From contig JABXKD010000055.1 of assembly GCA_013375475.1 (NCBI GenBank), positions 1 through 25,175 of the forward strand: DNA of 25,175 nucleotides. The letters run 5' to 3'. Below are positions 1-8,605 of the stretch, one piece after another; position 1 is the first letter of the stretch, and each line of letters begins with the position of its first letter. The notes beneath the pieces are model-generated. The model was given only the letters and a program-made list of their open reading frames with translations. It ran no database searches and had not been told where the DNA came from. The translations under genes were made by a program, and so were the position numbers. The stretch comes from Promethearchaeota archaeon (GTDB lineage Archaea > Asgardarchaeota > Lokiarchaeia > Sigyniarchaeales > SOKP01).

Positions 1-63
1 TTATTCTTTAGTTTCTCTATATGGATCAGTAAATTATAATTGTATTATGAGGAGATAATAAAG

Positions 64-729
64 ATGAAAGATATTATTAAAAAAATCTTGCTTTTTTTGA
101 TACTTCAGATTGCGTATCCAACCATATTCTATATTCTATTTATTCCAGAAATTTTTACTGTATCCATTTATGTTTTATATTTGTTAACGAATTACGTAAT
201 TGCTCTTGCTGATGCATTGATACGACCGCTAACAAAAGAGAGAAATCCTTCAAAAATCTATGATTTCTTAATGTTATTGATGTTTTTGTTATCACCATTC
301 TTTTTAATTGCTGCTTTTTACGAGAATAAATTACTAATATCATCGATTCTACCATTCTGGGATAGTTTTATTGTGAGTTATGTTGGATTTGTCATTTATC
401 TTTCAGCAGGCATCTTTGTTATTGTAGGACGAGTACAGCTTGACAAGTTCGGTTCAGGTGAATTAATAACGGAAGAAGGCCACAAACTTAATACCGAAGG
501 AGTTTACAAATATATTCGGAACCCAATGTATTCTGGGGCATTAATAGGTGTTATTGGGTTCGGTTTAGTCTTTAGAAGTATAATTACGCTTTTAATCGTT
601 TCGATTTTCTATTTTATAGTATTTAAAATGAGAATCAACGAAGAAGAAAGACTTCTTTACGAAGCTTTTGGAGAAGAATTTACAGATTACAAAAAGAAAA
701 GCAAAAAACTAATACCATTTATCTATTAA
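64..729 (+). CDS. Isoprenylcysteine carboxyl methyltransferase (ICMT/Ste14/PEMT) family membrane methyltransferase
   Basis: About 5-6 hydrophobic helices. The C-terminus has the family signature LxxxGvYkyIRNPMYsG...RIxxEExxLxxxFGEEFxxYxxxxxxLIP. ATG at 64 follows a GAGGAG at 49-54, so it is preferred over the TTG at 40. Confidence 0.85.
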   Translation: MKDIIKKILLFLILQIAYPTIFYILFIPEIFTVSIYVLYLLTNYVIALADALIRPLTKERNPSKIYDFLMLLMFLLSPFFLIAAFYENKLLISSILPFWDSFIVSYVGFVIYLSAGIFVIVGRVQLDKFGSGELITEEGHKLNTEGVYKYIRNPMYSGALIGVIGFGLVFRSIITLLIVSIFYFIVFKMRINEEERLLYEAFGEEFTDYKKKSKKLIPFIY

Positions 730-765
730 AATATTAAAAAATAACTAACTTTAAGAGTAATAATC

Positions 766-1221
766 ATGCAAAAAATTATTCAAATTGAAATAGAATTGAA
801 CTGCGATGTTAGTAAAGCGTTTGATTTCTTTACAGTAAACGAGCAATTAGAATCGTGGTTACCGGAGAAAGCTGAGGTTGAACCTAAACTAGGGGGTAAG
901 TACGAACTATTTTGGGACCCTCAAAATCCAGATATTAATAGTACAATAGGTTGTAGGATTACCAGTTTCGAAAAAGATAAATTTCTATCATTCGAATGGA
1001 AAGGTCCCGAAAAGTTTCAATCTTTTATGAATTTCTGCGATCCATTGACGCATGTAGTAGTTGTTTTTACCCCAAGCGTAAACGATCCTAAAAAATCGCT
1101 AGTTTTTCTATTCCATTCTGGTTGGAGAGATGATCCTGGGTGGCAGGAAGCTCGCAAATATTTTGAAAAGGCATGGTCGGGTGCTCTGACTAATTTAAAA
1201 GAAAAACTTGAATCTAATTGA
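766..1221 (+). CDS. SRPBCC/AHSA1 (START-like) domain protein
   Basis: Pattern AFDFFT..EQLESW...EPKLGGKY...LSFEW...HSGW...W..AL..LKEKLE is typical of AHSA1/SRPBCC proteins. 151 aa. Confidence 0.85.
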   Translation: MQKIIQIEIELNCDVSKAFDFFTVNEQLESWLPEKAEVEPKLGGKYELFWDPQNPDINSTIGCRITSFEKDKFLSFEWKGPEKFQSFMNFCDPLTHVVVVFTPSVNDPKKSLVFLFHSGWRDDPGWQEARKYFEKAWSGALTNLKEKLESN

Positions 1222-1283
1222 CAATATTTTATTAGGGTAAAGACCGAAAATCAAAGTAAAACATCTTAATATATGGAATGAGA

Positions 1284-1520
1284 TTATTTCCCTACATCTT
1301 TTCGGGCTTTATCTGCTTCTGCTCGGTTAATATGACCTTTTTCCCCATTTCTTAGCATAATTATTAATCCTTCTAAATATTTGATCCCGCAGTCTTGATG
1401 CCAATAATAATTATAACCTTTAGATGGGGCAAATCTAAGTCGAATAACACCTTTTTTGATAACTTCCTTGCACCAATCACATTTTGTGGCGTTTGTGGGA
1501 GCATCTTCTATGTGAAACAT
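1284..1520 (-). CDS. Stand-alone PARP-type zinc finger protein (78 aa)
   Basis: C14-x2-C17...W-H41-x2-C44. FHIEDAPTNATKCDWCKEVIKKGVIRL aligns without gaps to PARP1 ZnF1 [27 protein letters not shown] (alignment from memory). Confidence 0.75.
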   Translation of the reverse strand: MFHIEDAPTNATKCDWCKEVIKKGVIRLRFAPSKGYNYYWHQDCGIKYLEGLIIMLRNGEKGHINRAEADKARKDVGK

Positions 1521-1651
1521 CTAAAATATCTCCTTATTCTGTCAGATACTATACTGAATTATAGTTATACCACATTCATATTTTTTTCTTTTTATCTAAC
1601 ATTGACATTTAAATGAGTGGTTTACTTATAATTGCATTAGGTTGAAAACTC

Positions 1652-2359
1652 ATGTCTGAAGAAATTTTAAATGAGCTTGATATAGACCATTTTAGGAGTA
1701 CTTTTAATAAATACACTATAGAGGCTTTTCAAAAACTTCCAAAATTAGACAGACCGCGTATATTGGACATTGGTTGTGGTTCAGGTGTTCCCACCATGGA
1801 ATTAGCAAAGTTAAGTGATGGCGAAATAATAGGTATTGACATCGATCAAAAAAGTTTAGACAAACTAAAGAAAAAAATCGAAAAAGAAGGCTTAACTCAT
1901 AGAGTTAAGGCGATTAAATGCTCACTTTTAGATATCAAATTTCCAGACAATAGTTTCGATATCATATGGGCTGAGGGTACGTTAACAACTTTAGGAGTTG
2001 AAAAGAGTCTAACATCATGGAATAGGCTTCTTAAACCTGAGGGTTTTATGGTTGTTCACGACGAAATTAAACACTTTTTCGAACAGCGTCATAAAGTTGA
2101 TAAATGCGGATATAAATTTATTGAACATTTCTCTTTACCAGTGGAAGCTTGGTGGGAAGAATATTACCAGCCATTAGAGATTAGATTACAAGAATTATTT
2201 AAAAAATATGCAACTGATCAAGCTGCTCTCAAGGTGTTAAAAGTACATCAAAACGAGGTAGATATTGTCAAGGCTAGTCCGAAAAGCTTTCAATCAGTAT
2301 TTTGTATCATGCAAAAATTAGAAAAAAAAGTAGAAAATCATTTATTTCAGATAATCTAA
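1652..2359 (+). CDS. Class I SAM-dependent methyltransferase
   Basis: Motif I ILDIGCGSG, post-I IIGIDID, motif II FPDNSFDIIWAEG, motif III LLKPEG. Confidence 0.9.
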   Translation: MSEEILNELDIDHFRSTFNKYTIEAFQKLPKLDRPRILDIGCGSGVPTMELAKLSDGEIIGIDIDQKSLDKLKKKIEKEGLTHRVKAIKCSLLDIKFPDNSFDIIWAEGTLTTLGVEKSLTSWNRLLKPEGFMVVHDEIKHFFEQRHKVDKCGYKFIEHFSLPVEAWWEEYYQPLEIRLQELFKKYATDQAALKVLKVHQNEVDIVKASPKSFQSVFCIMQKLEKKVENHLFQII

Positions 2360-3562
2360 GGCTGTAAGTGCGAAAATTTTAGTAGTATTAATTAAATCTT
2401 CGATATATACAAATTCGTCTTGGGCGTGGTAATTATTATCTCCTATCATAGGTCCAATTAAAAGGGTATCAATCCCATTTCTCTTAAAGTGATGAGCATC
2501 GGTTGAAGCAATAAACATTTTAAAATCGCGTTCTTCGTTGTAAAGGGTGTTAAAGGCTTTTTTCACGCTGGAAGCAAATTCAGTGTTAGTGTCTGCTATT
2601 AGTGGTTCTACAAAAACAGGTGCTTGAACATTCAGGTCTATTTCAGGATTTTCCTTTTTGTATTCTTCAACAAAAGTTAAAATCTTTGTTTTGATAGCCT
2701 CTAAATCCATTTCAGGAATTACGTTAATTATGCAATGTAGATTACAATTATCCGGTACAGAAGTATGTGATACACCTCCATCGATTTTTGTAATTGTAAC
2801 AGATCCTACCTTGGATGGCATCCCAGGAGCTATAGCATATCGTGTTTCTATTTTTTCAATTTCTTCCTGTAGATTCTTCAAAAAATCAATAATTGGGATC
2901 ATCTTATGAATCGCATTTGTTCCTGAATATTGATTTCGATTTGGAGGATTTAAATCGGGATAAGCCATATTTTGTCGGCGAACTCCCTTTATAGTGAAAC
3001 TGACTTGAAGAGTTCCTCCTACATAGGCCGTTGGATAGTTACGGGGACCATCTCCCACTAAACAAGCATCTCCCTTTACAATCTTGTCGTTAGCGATAAA
3101 TTCCGCTCCTCCGAATCCCGCTATTTCTTCGTTGACGACGGCTGTTATAACTAATTTTCCGTTTAACTCAACTCCTGCATCTAAAAGTGCTTTCGCAGCG
3201 AAAATCTCAGCGGCTACACAGGATTTATCGTCAGCTGCACCTCTACCATAAACTTTATTTCCAATTATTTCACCGGAATGTGGATCTTTTGTCCACCCAT
3301 CAAAAACTTCGACTGTATCCATGTGTGCATTAAAGATTAGAGTTCGCCCACCCTCCTTACCCATTTCACCGATCACATTGTTTCTCTTAACTTTATTTGT
3401 TATCCCTAACTCCTCCATTTTCGCAGATACGAATTTCGAAATTGGTCTATATTTTCCAGGGGGTACTTCGGAGGGAATTTGGACAATTTGCTGCAAAAAT
3501 TTTACAATTTCATCTTGCATATCATCAATTTTTAGAAGGACAATTTTTTCTTTTTCTTGCAT
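2342..3562 (-). CDS. M20/ArgE/DapE family metallopeptidase/deacylase
   Basis: Metal-ligand motifs FNAHMDTV, YGRGAADDKS, VNEE, TDA and HAQDE. The 3' end overlaps the convergent methyltransferase gene by 18 nt. Confidence 0.9.
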   Translation of the reverse strand: MQEKEKIVLLKIDDMQDEIVKFLQQIVQIPSEVPPGKYRPISKFVSAKMEELGITNKVKRNNVIGEMGKEGGRTLIFNAHMDTVEVFDGWTKDPHSGEIIGNKVYGRGAADDKSCVAAEIFAAKALLDAGVELNGKLVITAVVNEEIAGFGGAEFIANDKIVKGDACLVGDGPRNYPTAYVGGTLQVSFTIKGVRRQNMAYPDLNPPNRNQYSGTNAIHKMIPIIDFLKNLQEEIEKIETRYAIAPGMPSKVGSVTITKIDGGVSHTSVPDNCNLHCIINVIPEMDLEAIKTKILTFVEEYKKENPEIDLNVQAPVFVEPLIADTNTEFASSVKKAFNTLYNEERDFKMFIASTDAHHFKRNGIDTLLIGPMIGDNNYHAQDEFVYIEDLINTTKIFALTALDYLK

Positions 3563-3701
3563 AATAACAACTCAAAATCTTCTCTATTATATTGTTTGCT
3601 GTTAAGAAATATAAAACTATAAAATTAAAAAACTAACAACTACATAATTACTTATCTTTTTAATAAAAAAGAATTAAAATTAATAATTAAAGTGATAATA
3701 T

Positions 3702-4712
3702 ATGGTAAAACGAGTTGCGATTAACGGATTCGGTAGAATCGGACGTAATTTCTTCCGAACTCTAACAGAAAAATATCCTAACGAAATTGAAGTCGTATCT
3801 ATTAATGATTTATTTGAACCAAAATACTTGGCTTATGTTTTAAAATATGATACGGTTTTTGGGCGATTTAAAGGAACTATTGAAGCTAAGGAAAAATCTT
3901 TGGTAATAAATGGAAAGGAAATTCCTATTACGGCAGAACGAGACCCAGCAAACTTACCACATGCTAGTAATAATATTGACGTTGCCCTCGAGTCCACTGG
4001 ATTCTTTACGAAAAGAGAGGGAGCTGCAAAGCATTTAGAGGCTGGAGCTAAGAAAGTTTTAATAAGCGCACCTGCGGTAAATCCTGATTTTACCGTTGTA
4101 ATAGGCTGCAACGACGATAAGTTAACTAACGAGCATAAAATCATTTCTAACGCATCTTGTACAACTAATTGTTTAGGTCCAATAGTAAAAGTATTAATGG
4201 ACAATTATGGAATTGTTAACGGAATGATGACTACAGTTCATTCATATACAGGCGATCAAAAACCTGTTGATACAGCAAGAGCAGCAGATCCCATAAAAAT
4301 GATTCGTGGTCGAGCTTGTGCGGCAAATATAGTTCCAACTTCCACTGGTGCAGCCAAAGCGATTGGCGTCGTGTTTCCAGAATTAAACGGTAAAATGGAT
4401 GGTATCGCTATGCGTATTCCAACCCCAAACGGGAGTGTTGTTGATTTAAAAGTAAACTTAGAGAAATCCACAAAAGTAGAAGATGTTAACGCTAAAATGA
4501 AAGAAGCTGCGGCAGGTTATCTAAAAGGAATTTTAGAATATACTGATGATGCAATAGTAACAACCGATATTGTTGGCAATCCCGCAAGTTCTATTTTCTC
4601 TAGCTTATGGACCAAAGTAATCGGTGGTACTTTCTGTGGTGTCGTTAGCTGGTACGATAACGAGTGGGGTTATTCCAATCGTTTGGCAGATTTAATAGTT
4701 AAAAAATTATAG
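3702..4712 (+). CDS. gap: Type I (bacterial/eukaryotic-type) glyceraldehyde-3-phosphate dehydrogenase
   Basis: AINGFGRIGR, catalytic SNASCTTNCL, MTTVHSYTGDQ, NIVPTSTGAAKA and SWYDNEWGYSNRL. Confidence 0.97.
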   Translation: MVKRVAINGFGRIGRNFFRTLTEKYPNEIEVVSINDLFEPKYLAYVLKYDTVFGRFKGTIEAKEKSLVINGKEIPITAERDPANLPHASNNIDVALESTGFFTKREGAAKHLEAGAKKVLISAPAVNPDFTVVIGCNDDKLTNEHKIISNASCTTNCLGPIVKVLMDNYGIVNGMMTTVHSYTGDQKPVDTARAADPIKMIRGRACAANIVPTSTGAAKAIGVVFPELNGKMDGIAMRIPTPNGSVVDLKVNLEKSTKVEDVNAKMKEAAAGYLKGILEYTDDAIVTTDIVGNPASSIFSSLWTKVIGGTFCGVVSWYDNEWGYSNRLADLIVKKL

Positions 4713-4727
4713 ATTTTAAATACACCA

Positions 4728-4746
4728 TTTTTTTTATTTTTTTTTT
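4728..4746 (+). terminator. Oligo-T archaeal-type terminator after gap
   Basis: T8-A-T10 run starting 15 nt after the gap stop codon, with no obvious GC hairpin. Confidence 0.6.
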
Positions 4747-4896
4747 AAACAAAATTAATTAATATTCATATGGATCTTAGATGTTCTGAAGCCTTAAGAA
4801 TTCTTTAATCTAAAGAAAAATAAAATTTATTTTAAATGAAAATAGTCCTATAACAAATTTAATACTCAAATTTGTAATTTTGCAGGACCCTTGTTT

Positions 4897-5463
4897 ATGA
4901 TTGAAAATTTTATTTTTTCCTTGATACTCCTTCCAGTATTAATTTTTGTTGCCAGGGTTGCTGATGTGACTTTAGGAACATTAAGAATTGTTTTCATTTC
5001 TCAAGGAAGGAGAAAATTAGCACCTTTAGTAGGTTTTTTTGAAATATTAATTTGGTTAGTTGCAATGGGACAAATTTTCAGTAATTTAACAAACTTCGTT
5101 TATTATATTGCTTATGCGGGAGGATTTGCTACCGGTAATTACATTGGATTAATTGTTGAAAATAAAATTTCCTTAGGTTTATTAAGCCTTCAATTAATTA
5201 TTCGGGAGAATCCTGAAACTTTGATTAATTTATTAAAAGATCAAGGCTATAGTTTGACAACTATGACTGCTGAGGGTACAAAAGGATTCGTGAAGATTGT
5301 TTATTTGGTTATAAAACGGAAAACCCTCCCCAAAACCCTTGAAACGATTCGAACAAATAATCCAAAAGCATTTATTTCTATAGAAGAAGTAAAATCTGTA
5401 AGTGGAGGGAATTTTCCTCAAGTAAAGAGATGGGATCTGTTTAAAAGAAAAAAGATTAAGTAA
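4897..5463 (+). CDS. DUF2179/DUF5698 (UPF0316) membrane protein
   Basis: IFVARVADVTLGTLR...GFFEILIW...YAGGFATGNYIG N-terminal membrane part and a C-terminal PII-like domain (AEGTKG...NPKAFISIEEVK). ATG at 4897 is preferred over the TTG at 4891. Confidence 0.88.
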   Translation: MIENFIFSLILLPVLIFVARVADVTLGTLRIVFISQGRRKLAPLVGFFEILIWLVAMGQIFSNLTNFVYYIAYAGGFATGNYIGLIVENKISLGLLSLQLIIRENPETLINLLKDQGYSLTTMTAEGTKGFVKIVYLVIKRKTLPKTLETIRTNNPKAFISIEEVKSVSGGNFPQVKRWDLFKRKKIK

Positions 5464-5466
5464 ATT

Positions 5467-6678
5467 TTATATAAATAAATTAGGTTTGCGAGTTTCATTT
5501 TCATTATTTCTATTTAATTTAGTAATAGCATTGATGAAGTCTTCATTTGTTACTATTTCTGATTCTCTACGTATTGCAAACATTCCTGCTTCAGTACAGA
5601 TTGCTTTTATGTCAGCACCGCTTTTTCCTTCTGTTAAATTCACTAGATTATTAATATCGATATGTTCCATATTAATCTCTCTTAAATGAACTCTAAAAAT
5701 TTGTTCTCTCGCCGCTTTATTAGGTAATGGAAATTCAATAGCTCTATCAAATCTTCCCGCTCTTAATAAAGCAGGATCTAATATATCTACTCTATTTGTT
5801 GCGGCAATAAATTTTACATCTCCGCGTTTGTCAAAACCATCCAATTCACTCAATAATTGCATTAATGTTCGATTTACTTCGTGGTCCCCAGAGGTGGCAT
5901 CTTCCATCCTGATCGCACCAATCGCATCGATTTCATCTATGAATATAATACTAGGACTTTTTTGTCTAGCTAAATCAAATACCTCTCTTACAGCTCGAGC
6001 ACCTTCCCCTATGAATTTTTGCACAAGCTCAGTAGCAACTACTTTAATGAATGCAGCATTTGTTTCGTTAGCTACTGCCCTAGCTAAGAGAGTTTTACCT
6101 GTTCCAGGAGAACCATAGAACAAAACGCCGTTTGGCGCTTCTATACCAATTTTAATAAAAACTTCTGGTTTAAGTAAAGGTAATTCTATAGATTCTCTTA
6201 CTTCCTGAATTTGACTTTCCAAACCACCAATATCAGAGTAAAAAATTCCAGTGGTTTTTTCTTCTATTTCCATATTTCTTATAAATGGTTCAATATTCTG
6301 AGGTAAGATTTCCACAACAACAAAGGTTCTTTGATTTAGCGCAATTTGTTGGCCAGGATATAATTTTTGGCTTATTAATCTATTACTGAAGTTAACGACA
6401 TAACTACCTCCGGAAGACGCTCTAGCTATCACCCGTCTGCCAAAATCGTCAAGGATGTCCTCTATTTCACCCGCAATTAAAGTATCCTCCCTAAAAGCCA
6501 CTATCTCTCTCTGCATTGATGTTAATTCATTTATTTTCTGAGAGTTTTCCGATTTTAAATCCAAAATTTGATTCTGAATCTCTTTTATACGATCCTCTAG
6601 ATGACTAGAATATTGTTCTAATTTTATGTTATCGTAATCTTCTTCCTTTCTTTTCCTTTCTACATCTACAGAATTCAT
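5467..6678 (-). CDS. pan: Proteasome-activating nucleotidase (PAN/Rpt-like AAA+ ATPase), divergent paralog
   Basis: N-terminal coiled coil and OB fold, YSDIGGL, Walker A GSPGTGKT, pore loop KFIGEG, Walker B IIFIDEID, SRH ATNRVDILDPALLRAGRFDR, and SGADIKAICTEAGMFAIR. Confidence 0.92.
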   Translation of the reverse strand: MNSVDVERKRKEEDYDNIKLEQYSSHLEDRIKEIQNQILDLKSENSQKINELTSMQREIVAFREDTLIAGEIEDILDDFGRRVIARASSGGSYVVNFSNRLISQKLYPGQQIALNQRTFVVVEILPQNIEPFIRNMEIEEKTTGIFYSDIGGLESQIQEVRESIELPLLKPEVFIKIGIEAPNGVLFYGSPGTGKTLLARAVANETNAAFIKVVATELVQKFIGEGARAVREVFDLARQKSPSIIFIDEIDAIGAIRMEDATSGDHEVNRTLMQLLSELDGFDKRGDVKFIAATNRVDILDPALLRAGRFDRAIEFPLPNKAAREQIFRVHLREINMEHIDINNLVNLTEGKSGADIKAICTEAGMFAIRRESEIVTNEDFINAITKLNRNNENETRKPNLFI

Positions 6679-6911
6679 TTTAGTATGAATTGAATCTATT
6701 TTCTATATTTGTTATTTTTGTTTAATTGCATTATCTTTAATTCTCATAATTTACTGATAATATTTATAATAGAAATCGAATGTATAATTATATCGAATTT
6801 GAAATTAAAGCTGATAAGAAAATAGCCCAAACAAGACTTTAGATTCAATAGATTTGTACTTTTATCGTTTTTATTTTCTAATCTTTCTGAAATGACATAA
6901 AAGTGACCTTA

Positions 6912-6926
6912 TATATAAATTTTGCT
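6912..6926 (-). promoter_or_regulatory. Putative BRE/TATA promoter upstream of pan
   Basis: The minus strand reads AGCAAAA-TTTATATA, matching the archaeal BRE+TATA consensus, about 230 nt upstream of the pan ATG. The AT-rich background weakens this. Confidence 0.35.
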
Positions 6927-7092
6927 ATTTCAATCCTTAAATATGTTAAAAGCAACTTATCAATCAGAATTCAACCTCAGAAATTTAAATCCCAATAATC
7001 AATGAAAATAATTTGATTCTGAATAGAGTAATCTCATCTTCTTTAAATGATTAATAAAGAAACTCCTTGAACCTTTCCATTAAATCTAAATT

Positions 7093-8418
7093 TTAAACGC
7101 ATCCCCAATAAAAATCAATAGATTCTGGAGAGGTAAGAATTCTTTCGTCAGCGGATAACCAGATAAATGATTCGCTAACATCGTATAGATACCCACATCT
7201 GCCTACTGCTTCATCAGTATTTGTCTTACTCACAAAATAACTATGAACGTAACTAGCACCTCTGAAACTTTCGTGCCATGTGAGTTCGTACGTAATGTAT
7301 CCTAAGTCTCCCAAAGTCATAATGACATCCATAGCTGTGATTACATCGACTCTGAACGTTTCATTTCTCAAATTATGTGGAATAACCGTAATATTATAGA
7401 ATTCTTCGCTAAAACTGTATCCTGAGACATTAACTCTTGGGATAACGATCGAGTTATTATTGTAAGTATAACGGGAGACTTCTTCCGCAAAAAGTGAAAA
7501 AGCAGCGTTCAAATACGATTCGCTTTCGTGGTACATTATAATTCGTGTTCCTGGTTTCCACGGATAATGGTCCATTCTAACCTCGTTATTTTCTATATTA
7601 CCACCGCTATAATAGAGATGATACCACCAATTATCAGAATTTCCATTTATAGAATCAATTACATAGGTATCCATACTACTATTGAAGTGGTAATTTAAAT
7701 CGATTTCGCCTGTTGAATTAAGGTGAACAAGAATATCAAATGCGGAAAACGATCCATTTTGAAAAAGATCTGGACGAACGCTATCAATCTCGTTTGGTTC
7801 AAAATCATAAAAAGTTCCTCCTATACTAATTCCAGAGGGTTTTAATCCAGGAGGAAGGTCTACAAAGAATACCGTGAGTGTTAAAGCGAAGGTAATTAAT
7901 ACAAGAGAAAGATTAGCACTCCAATGATTTATTTTTTTTCTTGTTAAATAAAATCTCGCACCAATTGCGACATGAACTATCATAAATATGGAAAGTATTA
8001 TGTCAAAATCCACATGTATCGTAAATGGTAAAAAATTTACTATAAAAGGTAAAGAAGTTGCATATACGGGAGGGTAATACGACAGGCCTGTAAAACTTAT
8101 TAATAATGCCATGACAATTATACCCCATTTAGTTATTTTCTGAAACAACCGTAAAGTTATAATAGGAGAGGGTTTACCTTTTTTAATCGAAGCCCTAATG
8201 CGACCCCACTTAAAGTTCAAGTACATAACTGAAAACACAAAATGCACGAGCAATATACTTGGAAAAATCCATCCAGTTAGCAGGTGAAGAAAAATAAATA
8301 AGTCGTAATCAGGAAACCATCTCCTCGTTGCAGCATAGCCTAAGAAGATTGTTATGAGTGCTAAGAGAGTTACTAATCATGAAGTAACTCGGTGTATTTT
8401 TAAACCTCTAGCCCACAT
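7093..8418 (-). pseudogene. Cytochrome-b-like (His-bearing TM) membrane protein with two DUF4430/transcobalamin-C-like extracellular domains, interrupted by an in-frame TGA at codon 14 (8377-8379)
   Basis: The frame of ORF 7093..8253 extends upstream to ATG 8418 and reads MWARGLKIHRVTS*LVTLLALITIFLGYAATRRWFPDYDLFIFLHLLTGWIFPSILLVHF. The C-terminal part has two similar units (SAFDIL...YVIDSING...WWY and TAMDVI...YFVSKTN...GYLY) and many N-x-S/T sequons. Confidence 0.6.
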
Positions 8419-8605
8419 CTTAAACTTCCATTTACAGAAGAAAAAGGAGAGAAACTTTTAAAATTTGTTATAATGATTTAAAGGTAATCTGGATTCAATT
8501 TTTTTATCTTGATTAACATTACAAAAAACCAGAAGTCTTAAAGATTATTTAAATCTTTGTTGATTTTTAAGTTTGAACATCTGAAGGGTTAAGGGTTGAG
8601 GTTAA

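Noticed and set aside
64-729. ICMT as evidence of eukaryote-like CAAX prenylation
   Set aside because: ICMT-family proteins are widespread in prokaryotes, and no prenyltransferase or CAAX substrate context is visible here.
1395-1616. 73-aa plus-strand ORF containing CGVC
   Set aside because: It overlaps the minus-strand zinc-finger ORF, which has a far more convincing motif. The rest is low-complexity AT-rich translation.
2342-2359. 18-nt convergent overlap of the methyltransferase and M20 genes
   Set aside because: Short tail-to-tail overlaps are common in compact AT-rich genomes, and nothing further supports a function.
8377-8379. Genome-wide TGA-to-Trp reassignment
   Set aside because: The other long genes in the window are uninterrupted under the standard code, and TGA ends the SRPBCC gene at its expected C-terminus.
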